The notes under the pieces: model-generated | What the model was told of the DNA's origin: nothing | What the model saw: only the letters and a program-made list of their open reading frames with translations | The model's database searches: none | Translations under genes and position numbers: made by a program | Part shown: piece after piece, positions 28,358 through 39,594 of the stretch | Numbering within the stretch: position 1 is the stretch's first letter | Layout of the letters: each line of letters starts with the position of its first letter | Assembly: GCA_050953065.1 (NCBI GenBank) | Contig: JBMNLZ010000003.1 | Location: 1 to 64,000 of the forward strand | Reading direction: 5' to 3' | Length of the DNA: 64,000 nt | Origin: Bacilli bacterium | Lineage (GTDB): Bacteria > Bacillota_I > Bacilli_A > ML615J-28 > CAG-698

Positions 28358-30853
28358 TTACACGCCACAACAATTTTTATATTTTTTTCCGCTTCCACAA
28401 GGACAAGGGTCGTTTCTACCAACTTTTTTAGATTTAGCAGGTGCTCTTCTGACACCATCATCTCCTGCATTTGTTGCGATTGGTTTAGCAACTTCTTCAC
28501 GTTGTAGATTATCTCTAATTTGAGCTCTATTAACCAATTTAACAGCATCTGCTTCAATACTATTAACCATATCTTCAAATTTTTGAAAACCTAATTCTTG
28601 ATATTCACGCAAAGGATTAATTTGAGCATATGCTTGCAAACGAACTGCTTGTCTTAATTCACTCATTGCATCAATATGGTCCATCCAATATGTATCAACT
28701 ACTCTTAATAAAACTACTTTCAAAAATTCCTTTACTTCATTAGGATAACTTGCTTGCTTTTCTTCTAGCAATCCCATAGATTTTTGGTAGAAAATATCAC
28801 TAGCTTCTTCTACAGTTTTATCCTCAAGTTCTTCTTTTGAAATATAATCAAGCGGAAAATAGATTCCATTAATCATATCAAAGAAATGTTTAGAATCAAT
28901 ATAGCCTCTTCTTTCATTATCCATGCATTCAAAAGCCAGCCTTGAAGCTAGAGTCCCCATCATTCTAGTAATAATATCAGAAATATCATCTCTAAATAGA
29001 ATTTCAGTTCTCTGTCCATAAATTATTTCACGTTGTTTTCTTAAAACCTCATCGTACTCTAAAATTGTTTTACGGTTATCAAAGTTGTTTCCTTCAATTT
29101 TTTTCTGAGCACTTTCAACAAATCTAGAAAACATTTTAGACTCTAACGGGACTTCTTCACCTTGCCCTTTTTGATTAACAATAAAACCTAACATTGTTTT
29201 AAAACGTTCACTACCAAATCTTCTCAAAAGTTCATCTTCGGCTGACAAATAAAATCGAGTATAACCAGGATCACCTTGACGACCAGAACGTCCTCTTAAC
29301 TGATTATCAATACGACGTGCCTCATGACGTTCTGTACCGATAACAGCCAAACCACCTAATTCTACAACTCCAGGACCTAATTTAATATCCGTACCACGCC
29401 CTGCCATGTTAGTAGCAATAGTTACTGATTTTTGAAGCCCTGCATTAGCAACGATTTCTGCTTCTCTTTCATGTTGTTTAGCATTTAAAACACTATGTGG
29501 AACACCTTTTCTTCTTAATAAATCAGATAGTAATTCACTTGTTTCAATTGAAATTGTTCCGACTAAAACAGGTTGACCTTTAATATACCTTTCTTTAATA
29601 TCATTAGCAATCGCCTCAAATTTGGCTTTCATTGTTAAAAACATTAAATCTGGTTCATCTTTTCTAATAACAGGCATATTTGTTGGCACTTCAACTACAT
29701 ACATATTATAAATATTTCTAAATTCTTCTTCTTCAGTTTTAGCAGTACCTGTCATCCCCGCTAATTTTTTATACATTCTAAAATAATTTTGGAATGTAAT
29801 TGTAGCAATGGTTCTTGTTTCTTTTTTGATTTCAACATGTTCTTTAGCTTCTAAAGCTTGATGCAAACCTTCACTATACTGTCTTCCATGCATCAAACGC
29901 CCAGTAAATGGGTCAACAATAATTACTTTATTATCTTGAACTACATAATCAACATCTTTATCCATTATATAGTTTGCTCTCAAAGCATTATTAATTCTAT
30001 GCAACAAATCAACATGTTTTAAATCATACAAATTTTCAAGACTAAAAAAAGTTTCAGCCTTTTCCATTCCCTTATCAGTTAAAATTACATGTCTTGCTTT
30101 TATATCAATTTCATAATCTTCATCTTCTTTTAATCTTTTAACAAACATATCAGGTTGTCTATAAGGATCTCCTGTATGTTTTGTTCCGCCAGAAATAATC
30201 AATGGAGTCCTTGCTTCGTCAATTAAAATTGAGTCAACCTCATCCACAATTGCAAAATTAAGTGGTTTTTGAACCAATTGTTCTTTATATATTACCATAT
30301 GATCACGCAAGTAATCAAAACCTAACTCACTATTTGTTGAATAAGTTATATCGCAATTGTACTGAGCACGTTTTTCCTCAGACGTCATTTCTCTTAAATT
30401 TAAGCCTACAGTTAAGCCTAACCACTTAAAAAGTTCACCCATTTCCCTCGCATCACGAGAAGCTAAGTATTCATTGACTGTTACAATATGAACACCTTCT
30501 CCTGGCAAAGCGTTAAGATAAGCTACTAAAGTTGAAGTTAAAGTTTTACCTTCACCAGTCTTCATCTCAGCAATATTACCACGATGCATTGTTAATGCAC
30601 CCATTAATTGCACTTTAAATGGTGTCATTTTTAAAACTCTAGTTGAAGCTTCCCTTACGGTTGCAAAAGCATCAACTATCAAATCATCTAAAGATGCTCC
30701 ATTTTTTAATTTTTCTCTAAAATACAAAGTCTTATCTTTTAATTCTTGATCAGATAGTTTTTTATATTCTTCTGCTAATGCATCAATTTGATTAGCAATA
30801 ACTTCTACCTTCTTTAATTCCTTATATCCTGAATCAAATAATCTTTTAAACAT
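28358..30853 (-). CDS. secA: preprotein translocase ATPase SecA
   Basis: [47 protein letters not shown] motif [19 protein letters not shown]. Confidence 0.99.
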   Translation of the reverse strand: MFKRLFDSGYKELKKVEVIANQIDALAEEYKKLSDQELKDKTLYFREKLKNGASLDDLIVDAFATVREASTRVLKMTPFKVQLMGALTMHRGNIAEMKTGEGKTLTSTLVAYLNALPGEGVHIVTVNEYLASRDAREMGELFKWLGLTVGLNLREMTSEEKRAQYNCDITYSTNSELGFDYLRDHMVIYKEQLVQKPLNFAIVDEVDSILIDEARTPLIISGGTKHTGDPYRQPDMFVKRLKEDEDYEIDIKARHVILTDKGMEKAETFFSLENLYDLKHVDLLHRINNALRANYIMDKDVDYVVQDNKVIIVDPFTGRLMHGRQYSEGLHQALEAKEHVEIKKETRTIATITFQNYFRMYKKLAGMTGTAKTEEEEFRNIYNMYVVEVPTNMPVIRKDEPDLMFLTMKAKFEAIANDIKERYIKGQPVLVGTISIETSELLSDLLRRKGVPHSVLNAKQHEREAEIVANAGLQKSVTIATNMAGRGTDIKLGPGVVELGGLAVIGTERHEARRIDNQLRGRSGRQGDPGYTRFYLSAEDELLRRFGSERFKTMLGFIVNQKGQGEEVPLESKMFSRFVESAQKKIEGNNFDNRKTILEYDEVLRKQREIIYGQRTEILFRDDISDIITRMMGTLASRLAFECMDNERRGYIDSKHFFDMINGIYFPLDYISKEELEDKTVEEASDIFYQKSMGLLEEKQASYPNEVKEFLKVVLLRVVDTYWMDHIDAMSELRQAVRLQAYAQINPLREYQELGFQKFEDMVNSIEADAVKLVNRAQIRDNLQREEVAKPIATNAGDDGVRRAPAKSKKVGRNDPCPCGSGKKYKNCCGV

Positions 30854-30961
30854 AACTGTACTTAATCTAAAAATAGATTCCTTTCTACTATTTATCTATA
30901 TACATACTATGAATATAATACCATTTTTATGCTTTTTTTTCAAGATTTTCTATCACAATTT

Positions 30962-30983
30962 AAAAAGGGTACTTATGTACCCT
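30962..30983 (-). terminator. terminator after hpf
   Basis: aagggtac/gtaccctt stem plus T tail. Confidence 0.75.
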
Positions 30984-30988
30984 TATTA

Positions 30989-31546
30989 TTAATTATTAGC
31001 CTCAATTATGCCATAATCCATATCTTCTCTTATATAAACAACACATACTTTATCAGTCTCAACATTTAAGAAAATAAAGAAATCATGGCCTAACATTTCC
31101 ATTTGAGTAATGGCTTCTTCTGGAGTCATAGGTTGAAGATCCACAGTTTTACTCTTAACAAGATTTATAGCATTAACTTCAGATTTCATTTGTTCGATAT
31201 CAAAATCAGTATCTGTTGCAAAATGAGCTGCAAGTCCTTCACGTTTTTTTAAGCTGCTATAGATTTTAGACTTATGTTTTTTTATTTGAGTTTCAATTTT
31301 CTCAACTGCTAAAACAATTGCTGAATAAATAGTTGGAGCATTAACTTCTGCCCTTAAAATCATGTGTTTAGTAGGAATAGTAATTTCAGCAGTCTTATGA
31401 GTGTTATAATCTTTACACAAAACATTAACTGTAACTTCCTCGTCTTTTTTAAATAGTCTTTCTAGCTTGCTCACTTCAGTAGTAGCATAATCTCTAATAG
31501 CATTAGAAATTTCAAATTTGTTTTTTCCACGTACATTAACTTTCAT
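30989..31546 (-). CDS. hpf: long ribosome hibernation promoting factor
   Basis: NVRGKN, AEITIP..LRAE, PMTPEEAITQMEMLGHDFFIF..VVY.R..YGII; upstream of secA. Confidence 0.96.
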   Translation of the reverse strand: MKVNVRGKNKFEISNAIRDYATTEVSKLERLFKKDEEVTVNVLCKDYNTHKTAEITIPTKHMILRAEVNAPTIYSAIVLAVEKIETQIKKHKSKIYSSLKKREGLAAHFATDTDFDIEQMKSEVNAINLVKSKTVDLQPMTPEEAITQMEMLGHDFFIFLNVETDKVCVVYIREDMDYGIIEANN

Positions 31547-31607
31547 ATTTTGCACTCCTTTACTACCATTATTATACCATTTTTCTTTCGAGATATAAAG
31601 AATTTTT

Positions 31608-31922
31608 TTAGTAATTTATTATCTGAATATCATAACCATCATCTAAAAATTTACTCAGTGCTTCATAGTTTCTTGGAGTAAAATGTTCTTCTCCCCAAAG
31701 CAAAATAATCTTTTCACTATTTTTAATTGCCTCAAGTAAAAATTTTAAAAACTTTACTTCTAAAAATCTGTCTTCGTAAAAACATTTCTTAAACTTATAG
31801 ATTCCAATTAACCTATAGCCAATCAAAATAAATTCATCTTGATAGAAGTTTTGGCATTCACCACACTCATAAACCTTAAATAAATTGAAGATATCTCTAT
31901 TAATATTTTTTTCACACTTCAT
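31608..31922 (-). CDS. small hypothetical protein, possible degenerate ComFC N-terminal remnant
   Basis: N-terminal C..IFNLF..CGEC pattern; occupies the comFC position upstream of hpf-secA; no PRTase motif. Confidence 0.5.
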   Translation of the reverse strand: MKCEKNINRDIFNLFKVYECGECQNFYQDEFILIGYRLIGIYKFKKCFYEDRFLEVKFLKFLLEAIKNSEKIILLWGEEHFTPRNYEALSKFLDDGYDIQIINY

Positions 31923-31957
31923 ATAATTATATTAACATGAAAATATAAGATTACTTT

Positions 31958-31984
31958 AAAAAACTGACCTAAAAGGTCAGTTTA
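31958..31984 (-). terminator. terminator after leuS
   Basis: aaactgacct/aggtcagttt stem plus T tail. Confidence 0.85.
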
Positions 31985-34399
31985 AACAACAATATTTACA
32001 ATTTTATTAGGTACTACAATTATTTTTTTTACTGTTGTTCCTTCTAGTAGTGTTTTTATCTTTTCTCTTTCAAGAACAACTTTCTTAACAGTAGCTTCAT
32101 CTGCTCCAACTTCAATATCGAATTTATCTCTAATCTTACCATTTACTTGAATAACTAAAGTTACTAAATCTTCAACCAACTTTTCTTCATCCCACTTAGG
32201 CCATTTAGCATAAGCTAAAGATCTTGAACTTCCTAAAATTACTTCGTTTAACTCTTCAGTTATATGAGGCGCAACTGGATTTAAAAGAATTAAAAATCCT
32301 TTTAAATATTCAAGTGGAATATTAGGGTTTTTATAACACTCGTTAATAAAAATCATCATTTGACTAATTGCTGTATTAAATTTTAAATTTTCATAATCAT
32401 AAGTTACTTTTTTAACTGTTTGATGATAAACTTTTTCAAGATCTTTGTTTTCTTCAGTTACTACTGAAATTTCAGTATATAAACGATAGACTCTTTCTAA
32501 AAACCTTCTTAATCCTTCAACACCTTTTGTAGACCAAGCTTTTGTTGCTTCAAGTGGTCCCATAAACATTTCATAAAGTCTTAACGTGTCAGCACCAAAT
32601 TCATCAACTATATCATCAGGGTTAATAACATTACCTTTAGATTTTGACATTTTTTCATTGTCTTCCCCTAAAATCATTCCTTGATTAAATAATTTTTGGA
32701 AAGGTTCTTTAGTTTTAACAATTCCACAATCATATAAAACTTTATGCCAGAATCTTGAATACAACAAATGAAGTACAGCGTGTTCAGTCCCACCAATATA
32801 TAAATCAACCGGCAACCAATAATTAATCATTTTTTGAACTTCAGGACTAGAAAGATCTAAATAATTATCATCATGTTTTAATAAATAACCGATATAATAC
32901 CAACAACTTCCGGCCCATTGAGGCATAGTGTTAGTCTCTCTTCTACCCTTTACTTTATCAGCACGTTCAACTTCTACCCAGTCTTTTGCGTTAACTAAAG
33001 GACTTTCACCAGTTTTACTTAAAGTAACCTTTTCTAAAACTGGTAATTCTAATGGTAATTTTTCTTTAGATAGTATTTCTACTGTGCCATCTTCCCAAAA
33101 AATCACTGGGAAAGGTTCACCCCAATATCTTTGGCGACTAAATATCCAATCGCGAAGTTTATAATTTACATCTGCATAACCTAATCCTTTATCGTTTAGA
33201 TATTTAATAACCATTTCATTTCCAGTTTTTTTATCTGTGCCATTAATAAAACCAGAGTTAATATGAATTCCATCGCCATCATAATAACCAAGGCTCATAT
33301 CACCTTCTAAAACTTGAATTATTTCTATTCCAAATTTTTTAGCAAACTCATAATCCCTTGAATCATGACCAGGCACTGCCATTATTGCACCAGTTCCATA
33401 AGAACTTAAAACATAATCTGCAATCCAAATTGGAATCTTTTTATGATTTATAGGATTAATAGCATATGCACCTAAAAAAACACCTGTTTTTTCTTTATTT
33501 AAATCGGTTCTATCTAAATCAGTTTTGGCTTTTGCAAAATCAATATATTTTAAAACTTCTTCTTTTTGTTCTTCTGATGCAATTTTTAAGACAAGTGGAT
33601 GCTCAGGTGAAAGTACACAATAAGTTGCTCCAAATAAAGTATCTGCTCTTGTTGTAAAAACTTCAAAATCATAATTAGTATTTGCTACTTTAAAAGTAAC
33701 CTTAGCACCTTCGCTTTTACCAATCCAATTTCTTTGCATATCTTTAACAGATTCAGGCCAATCAAGCCCCTCTAAATCTTCTAAAAGTCTTTCAGCATAT
33801 TCAGTTATTTTTAAAACCCACTGCTTCATAGGCTTTTTAATAACTGGATGTTGACCTCTTTCACTAACCATTTTGCCATCAACAATTAAAACTTCTTCGT
33901 TTGCTAAAACAGTTCCTAGGTTATGACACCAATTAACTTCAATATCTTTAATTTCTGCTAAACCTCTTTCATATAGTTTAGTAAAAATCCACTGAGTCCA
34001 TTTAAAGTATTTTGGATCACTTGTGTTAATTTCACGATCCCAATCATAAGAAAAACCTAAACTTTGAAGTTGAGTCTTAAAAATTTGAATGTTTTTATTT
34101 GTAAAATCTCTTGGATCTTTTCCTGTTTCCAAAGCATATTGTTCAGCTGGAAGCCCGAAAGCATCCCAGCCCATAGGGTGAAGCACATTAAAGCCATTCA
34201 TTCTCTTATATCTTGAAATAATATCAGTTGCAGTATACCCTTCCGGATGACCAACATGTAATCCTGCACCACTTGGGTATGGGAACATATCTAAAGCATA
34301 ATATTTAGGCATAGAAAAATCATCTTTTGTTTTAAAAGATTTATTATCTTTCCAATAATTTTGCCATTTTTTCTCTATTTTTAAATGATTATAACTCAA
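31982..34399 (-). CDS. leuS: leucine--tRNA ligase
   Basis: [21 protein letters not shown] editing domain, SRQRYWG, KMSKS. Confidence 0.99.
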   Translation of the reverse strand: MSYNHLKIEKKWQNYWKDNKSFKTKDDFSMPKYYALDMFPYPSGAGLHVGHPEGYTATDIISRYKRMNGFNVLHPMGWDAFGLPAEQYALETGKDPRDFTNKNIQIFKTQLQSLGFSYDWDREINTSDPKYFKWTQWIFTKLYERGLAEIKDIEVNWCHNLGTVLANEEVLIVDGKMVSERGQHPVIKKPMKQWVLKITEYAERLLEDLEGLDWPESVKDMQRNWIGKSEGAKVTFKVANTNYDFEVFTTRADTLFGATYCVLSPEHPLVLKIASEEQKEEVLKYIDFAKAKTDLDRTDLNKEKTGVFLGAYAINPINHKKIPIWIADYVLSSYGTGAIMAVPGHDSRDYEFAKKFGIEIIQVLEGDMSLGYYDGDGIHINSGFINGTDKKTGNEMVIKYLNDKGLGYADVNYKLRDWIFSRQRYWGEPFPVIFWEDGTVEILSKEKLPLELPVLEKVTLSKTGESPLVNAKDWVEVERADKVKGRRETNTMPQWAGSCWYYIGYLLKHDDNYLDLSSPEVQKMINYWLPVDLYIGGTEHAVLHLLYSRFWHKVLYDCGIVKTKEPFQKLFNQGMILGEDNEKMSKSKGNVINPDDIVDEFGADTLRLYEMFMGPLEATKAWSTKGVEGLRRFLERVYRLYTEISVVTEENKDLEKVYHQTVKKVTYDYENLKFNTAISQMMIFINECYKNPNIPLEYLKGFLILLNPVAPHITEELNEVILGSSRSLAYAKWPKWDEEKLVEDLVTLVIQVNGKIRDKFDIEVGADEATVKKVVLEREKIKTLLEGTTVKKIIVVPNKIVNIVV

Positions 34400-34412
34400 T
34401 TAAATCACCTCT

Positions 34413-35255
34413 TTAAAGCATGTTCTTTTTAGAATTATTCATATATATGTTAATTAAATAATTATTCATTCTAATCACAAAAACAACTGTAATTAAAATT
34501 CCTAATATTCTGAAAAATACTAAATTAAATAAAACACCAATCGTTGTTAAAAAAACATAAGGAGCCATTGCATAAATTGTTAACTTCCAAATTTTAACAA
34601 GACCATATACTTCACTTATTTCAGGTCTTCCAAAAAGCGAAATTAAGAGTGAAAAAAGCAAAATCATAAACAAAGAATTAATTGCACTTTCAATTAAATT
34701 AATTGCTAAATTGTAAGGGCGAAACTTATTATATTCAAGTCTATAAATTTCAAAAATTTCTTCCCAAAATAGATTTTCTCCTTTTGTAGCTTCTGAAAAG
34801 TCAATATTTGCTAAACTAGGATATTCACTATACGACAATATTTCAATTTTAAATGGCAATCCATTTACATATAAATATACCTTATCAGGAGATAAAACTA
34901 AATAATCTGCATATTTTAAAGCATTTACATTAATATTAGTACTTTGACTAACTACAACTTTAAAAGTAGGTGATACCTCATATTCAAATGTATCATCAAG
35001 CCCAAATCGATGAACTAATCTACCATTTATAACTTTAAAAGGAATTGCTGGCTCTCCATTAAAACTCTTTACTATTGAAATTTTTTCAGTTGAAGTTAAA
35101 GCAGGTCCAAATCCTACGCTTAAAAATGTAGGAATAACTGCTATTATCAATAATATTAAAATATAGATAATTATCATATAAATTTTATCATTTATATAGT
35201 TAACAAGTTCTTTGGGAGAACTTAGTCCGCTATTTATTCTTTTTAAGATACCCAT
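34413..35255 (-). CDS. membrane protein, DUF1189-like
   Basis: One N-terminal TM, an extracellular loop, then three C-terminal TMs with WKLTIYAMAP. Confidence 0.7.
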   Translation of the reverse strand: MGILKRINSGLSSPKELVNYINDKIYMIIIYILILLIIAVIPTFLSVGFGPALTSTEKISIVKSFNGEPAIPFKVINGRLVHRFGLDDTFEYEVSPTFKVVVSQSTNINVNALKYADYLVLSPDKVYLYVNGLPFKIEILSYSEYPSLANIDFSEATKGENLFWEEIFEIYRLEYNKFRPYNLAINLIESAINSLFMILLFSLLISLFGRPEISEVYGLVKIWKLTIYAMAPYVFLTTIGVLFNLVFFRILGILITVVFVIRMNNYLINIYMNNSKKNML

Positions 35256-35320
35256 ATTTTTCTCCACAAAACATAATTATTTTACCACATTTTCATTTTT
35301 TATTCAACCATTATATTATC

Positions 35321-35345
35321 AAAAAACCCTTCTTTCGAAGGGTTA
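35321..35345. terminator. terminator after Big_2 lipoprotein
   Basis: aacccttc/gaagggtt stem with an A run on the left and a T run on the right. Confidence 0.85.
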
Positions 35346-35353
35346 TCTTTTTT

Positions 35354-36973
35354 TTAATTACTATGATCTATTATTAAATTACCATTACTATCAACATCAT
35401 AAACATCTATAATCATAGCATTTAGAACATTATTATCTAAAATTGAATAACAATATATTCTTACAGAACCTTTTGAATGTCCTGTAATAACACCATTGTT
35501 TACACTCGCAACTTCAGGAGTATCACTTCCCCAAACAACACCTTGATTTGCACCAACTGGGTCAGTAGTTATTGTCCATGTAACTGTTTGATTAACTCCA
35601 ACCTTATCTGGTCCATTAATCATAATTGATTCTGGAGTACTTCCAGTTGAAGGAGAAACTGTAATAGTTATTTGACCTTTAACATTTGTATTAAGAGTTG
35701 ATGTTGCAGTAATTACTACAGTCCCAACACCAACAGCTGATACTCTACCACTACTGTTTACAGTTGCAACACTTGTATTACTACTACTCCAAGTAACTGA
35801 TGTTGAAGCATTGCTCGGAGTGAAAGATATTGTTAAGTTTAATGATTGATACACATCCAAACTATTTGCACCACTTAAAGAAATTGATGTTGGTGCTATA
35901 GTATTACCACTTATTGATATATTATGTGTCTTTTTTACATTAGTATCTTGAGTTGATGTTGCAGTAATCACAACGGTTCCAGATTGTAAAGCTGTAACTA
36001 TACCATTACTATTAACTGTAGCAATCATACTATTACTACTAGACCAACTAACTCCTCCGCTTGAAACATCAGCAACCAAAGTGCTTTGGCCACCTACCAC
36101 CATAGTAGTAGGGCCTACTATTTTAATTGAAATTCCACTACCGCCAGCAGGTGTTACTGTAACAGTTATAACATCGAAAGGTTTTATTTCTTCTGTTGTA
36201 TTGTATGTTGCTGTAATATTTGCAACACCAGGCGAAACAGCTAATAATGCTCCTGTTGTTTGATTGACAGTAACAACACTTGGATTACTTGTGCTCCATT
36301 TAACTCCTCCAGTTGTTGAGGCTGGTACTAAAACAAATTGTAAATTTTGAGTTTCACCAACCGACATGCTTTCCGAACCAAATATCGTTACCGTAATTCC
36401 TCCATCAGATGTAGGAGTTGTAACAGAAATTTCTACTGTTGTAGATATACTTGAATCAATTTTAGAAATTGCTGTAACTGTAGTTTTTCCAAGTTTAACT
36501 CCAGTTACCAAACCAGTTTCAGAAACTGATGCTATACTAGGGTTACCAGTTATCCATTGAACAGCATTGCTTGCTCCAGTCGGAGTCGCTTGAATTGTAA
36601 GCTGTAAAGTTTTATTCATTTCTACACTTCTAGCATTTTTTATTGTAATACTTTCTAAAGTGTTAGAAATAACAATTATAGTAATGCTATCTTCTGCTTG
36701 AGAAAGTACATCTGTAGCTTTAATTATAACAGTTCCCGGAGCTATACCCAAAACTTGACCTTGTGCATTAACAGTTGCGATTTGAACATTCATTGATTCC
36801 CACGCAATATTTCTTTGACTGCTAACACCACTAATGCCTAAAGTTATTGTCCCACCTACTAATAGTCCCGAACTAGGTGCATTTGTTATATGTAGACTAG
36901 TTGCTTTTTTACCACAACCAGCTATACCAAACATAAGTGTAAGTATTAATACTAGTAGTATAGTTCTTTTCAT
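35354..36973 (-). CDS. lipoprotein composed of six Big_2 Ig-like domains
   Basis: IAGC lipobox; six units with W-x-S/T-x-N/T..A/V-T/S-V..G motif; no catalytic domain seen. Confidence 0.9.
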   Translation of the reverse strand: MKRTILLVLILTLMFGIAGCGKKATSLHITNAPSSGLLVGGTITLGISGVSSQRNIAWESMNVQIATVNAQGQVLGIAPGTVIIKATDVLSQAEDSITIIVISNTLESITIKNARSVEMNKTLQLTIQATPTGASNAVQWITGNPSIASVSETGLVTGVKLGKTTVTAISKIDSSISTTVEISVTTPTSDGGITVTIFGSESMSVGETQNLQFVLVPASTTGGVKWSTSNPSVVTVNQTTGALLAVSPGVANITATYNTTEEIKPFDVITVTVTPAGGSGISIKIVGPTTMVVGGQSTLVADVSSGGVSWSSSNSMIATVNSNGIVTALQSGTVVITATSTQDTNVKKTHNISISGNTIAPTSISLSGANSLDVYQSLNLTISFTPSNASTSVTWSSSNTSVATVNSSGRVSAVGVGTVVITATSTLNTNVKGQITITVSPSTGSTPESIMINGPDKVGVNQTVTWTITTDPVGANQGVVWGSDTPEVASVNNGVITGHSKGSVRIYCYSILDNNVLNAMIIDVYDVDSNGNLIIDHSN

Positions 36974-37080
36974 GTTATACTCCTTTATTTTTCATTACGC
37001 CTTTATTATAGCATAAATATATCTTTAAACCTAAAGTTTTTTATTTGGTTTTAAGTTGAATTTAATATTCAAGAAAATAT

Positions 37081-37104
37081 AAAACTCTCTGCTTAAGAGA
37101 GTTT
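37081..37104 (-). terminator. terminator after nusG
   Basis: aaactctct/agagagttt stem plus T-rich tail. Confidence 0.75.
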
Positions 37105-37110
37105 GTTGTT

Positions 37111-37659
37111 TTATATTTTTTCTATAGAATCAAATCCTACTTCTGTTGGCGTTAATCTACCAAAAACATCAATTAATATTTTAACCAACTCTTTGTCTTC
37201 ATCGATTTCTTCTACACGACCAATTTGATTTTGGAATGGTCCAGAATTAATCTTAACCTTATCACCAACATTAATATCAATTTTTCTTTCTTTAGTAACA
37301 CCACACAATTTTAAAATCGGATCAATTTCTTCTTGAGATAGTGGTACTGGTTTAGTTCCTTTACCCGATGAACCTAAAAACCCAGTGACCATCGGTGTGT
37401 TTCTAACCATAAACCAAGTATCATCTGTTACTATCATATCAATGAAAACATATCCTGGAAAAGGCTTAGTTACAACTTCTTTATACTCGCCGTTTTTCTT
37501 TTTTTCTAATTTTATTTCTTCTGGTACTAATACATTGAATATGTAATCTCCCATATTCATTGATTCAATTCTTCTTTCAATGTTAGTTTTTACTGCGTTC
37601 TCACATCCAGAATAAGATTGAACCACATACCAAGCTCTACCTATTTTAGAACTAATCAT
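37111..37659 (-). CDS. nusG: transcription termination/antitermination factor NusG
   Basis: WYVVQSYSG.E, FPGYVF, VRNTPMVTGF, KOW GDKVKINSGPF, FGRLTPTE. Confidence 0.99.
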   Translation of the reverse strand: MISSKIGRAWYVVQSYSGCENAVKTNIERRIESMNMGDYIFNVLVPEEIKLEKKKNGEYKEVVTKPFPGYVFIDMIVTDDTWFMVRNTPMVTGFLGSSGKGTKPVPLSQEEIDPILKLCGVTKERKIDINVGDKVKINSGPFQNQIGRVEEIDEDKELVKILIDVFGRLTPTEVGFDSIEKI

Positions 37660-38117
37660 ACGGCAACACCCATCTTAGAAGCAATCAATTTAAATAATGC
37701 TACTAATTGAGTTAAACCTAAGTCAACAACTAAAAAGAAAAGTGACATAATTAAAGAAAACACAAAAACTGTTACACTGTTTTTAAGTAAAACCCCTTTG
37801 CTTGGCCATGAAATTCTCTTAATTTCACTAATTGAAGGCTTATAAAACGGCCAAACTGCTAATAATAGTGACACAGCACCTAAGATAATTAAAATCCAAG
37901 CAAATACTTTTGGATAGTCTCCAATTAAAAATACATCATCTTTAATTACTAAACCACTAGTACCAGTGTTTTCACCAACAATTATTAAAATTCCTAAAAC
38001 TATTGCTATTAAAGATAATAACAACAGAATTAATCCTTCATATTTATATTCTTTAGTAAGAATAGTTAAAATCTTATTTTCTTTATTTTCTTTTTTTTCT
38101 TTTTTTTCGGCAACCAT
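37656..38117 (-). CDS. secE: preprotein translocase SecE (long, three-TM form)
   Basis: SEIKRISWPSK motif before the last TM; lies between rpmG and nusG. Confidence 0.93.
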   Translation of the reverse strand: MVAEKKEKKENKENKILTILTKEYKYEGLILLLLSLIAIVLGILIIVGENTGTSGLVIKDDVFLIGDYPKVFAWILIILGAVSLLLAVWPFYKPSISEIKRISWPSKGVLLKNSVTVFVFSLIMSLFFLVVDLGLTQLVALFKLIASKMGVAV

Positions 38118-38133
38118 TTTTTTACCTCTCCTA

Positions 38134-38280
38134 TTACCTTGTCTCTTTATGCAATGTATGTTTATTGCATCGTTTACAAAATTTCTTTATTACCATTCTA
38201 TCAGGTAAATTCACTTTACGATCAACCGTATAATTGCGAGATAAGCACTCCTCACAAATTAAAATAATTTTTCGTTTCAT
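38134..38280 (-). CDS. rpmG: 50S ribosomal protein L33 (Zn-ribbon form)
   Basis: LICEECLSRNY..KKFCKRCNKHTLHKETR. Confidence 0.97.
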   Translation of the reverse strand: MKRKIILICEECLSRNYTVDRKVNLPDRMVIKKFCKRCNKHTLHKETR

Positions 38281-38306
38281 AATATTCACCTTTAAGCACA
38301 CTGAAT

Positions 38307-38335
38307 ATTTTATCAAAATATGCGTTTTTTGTCAA
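38307..38335 (-). promoter_or_regulatory. promoter of rpmG-secE-nusG
   Basis: TTGACA-17 nt-TAAAAT with extended TG. Confidence 0.8.
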
Positions 38336-38347
38336 TGCTAAGATATT

Positions 38348-38875
38348 TTATTTTAAGCCTTTAAGTTTTGCTCTTACCCTAACTGTAGCATTATAAATAC
38401 TTTTCTTAGAGGCATTTGTTAATTCCATTATTTCTTTAGTTTTTTTAAACTCCAAAAACTTGTATTCATAAACTGCCTGCTCTAAATCGCTAAAATAAAT
38501 CTCATCTACATTTATAATTCTTTTATCTTCATTATAGAATTTAACCTCATCAGCTAGGTAATACAAATCCTCAACTAAACTCACATTATAAAAATATTCT
38601 TTTTCTTTCCTTAATATTTCCATAAATCGCCACTGTAGTAATTCATCAAAATATCTAGTAAAAGTTTTGTTGTATGTTTCATCAAACCTACGAATTGCTT
38701 TATCTAACACTAGTAGACCTTCCTGAAAGAAATCATCGACTAGTCTACTTTGTATTTTAAAAAGTTCAATTCTTTTTTTAATCAAATTAGTGTATTTATC
38801 GAACATAATATCCAATGCATGTTCATTGTTTTCGGCAATCAAATATAACAATTCATAATCGTTATATTTTTTCAA
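38348..38875 (-). CDS. alternative sigma factor, SigH/ComX-like
   Basis: YNDYELL, DDFFQEG..L.KAI..FD..TF region 2; KSIYNATVRVRAKL region 4; sigH syntenic position between rlmB and rpmG. Confidence 0.85.
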   Translation of the reverse strand: MKKYNDYELLYLIAENNEHALDIMFDKYTNLIKKRIELFKIQSRLVDDFFQEGLLVLDKAIRRFDETYNKTFTRYFDELLQWRFMEILRKEKEYFYNVSLVEDLYYLADEVKFYNEDKRIINVDEIYFSDLEQAVYEYKFLEFKKTKEIMELTNASKKSIYNATVRVRAKLKGLK

Positions 38876-38877
38876 AC

Positions 38878-39594
38878 CTACCTCCTAATTATTTTTGATA
38901 TTTCACAAGCTAAAATCCCAAACGAAACTGAAGCATTCAATGATGTAGTTTTACCTACCAAAGGTATTTTAATTAAAAAATCACAATTTTTTAAAACAAG
39001 TGGAGATATTCCTTTTCCTTCAGAACCAATTACTAAAAGAATTTTTCCTTCGTATTTAACCGATTGGAAATCAACACTTTCCTCTTTGTTTTCAGCCGCA
39101 TAAATCCAAAAACCTTTTTCTTGCATTTTTTTAATTGTTTGATTTAAATTAACTACCTCTACTACTTTTATATATTCAATTGCTCCGGTAGAAACCTTAG
39201 CCACGGTGCTGTTTAATTTAACGCACCTGTTTTTACCGACAATTAAATGTTTAATTCCAAAAGCTTCACAGGTTCTTATGATAGCTCCGAAATTATGAGG
39301 ATCATTAATCTCATCTAACATTACCCAAACTTCATTATCATTTAAGTTTTTTAACTCATCATCTAAATTATAATATTTATAAGGAATAATTTCAGCAACT
39401 ATATTTTGATGATTAACGTTTTTATATTTTTTAAAAAATTCCTTATCAACATATTCAATTTTTACATCATTTTTTTTTGTAAGATTTAAGACCTCAAAAG
39501 CATTAAACTCTTTTGATAAAAAAACTTTTAATACTCTTTCAGCTTTTAAAGCTTCTATGACAGTATTTTTACCATATATTATTTCATTCATCAT
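38878..39594 (-). CDS. rlmB: 23S rRNA (Gm2251) methyltransferase
   Basis: IYGKNTV.EAL, DPHNFGAIIRT, IGSEGKG, SLNASV SPOUT motifs. Confidence 0.96.
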   Translation of the reverse strand: MMNEIIYGKNTVIEALKAERVLKVFLSKEFNAFEVLNLTKKNDVKIEYVDKEFFKKYKNVNHQNIVAEIIPYKYYNLDDELKNLNDNEVWVMLDEINDPHNFGAIIRTCEAFGIKHLIVGKNRCVKLNSTVAKVSTGAIEYIKVVEVVNLNQTIKKMQEKGFWIYAAENKEESVDFQSVKYEGKILLVIGSEGKGISPLVLKNCDFLIKIPLVGKTTSLNASVSFGILACEISKIIRR

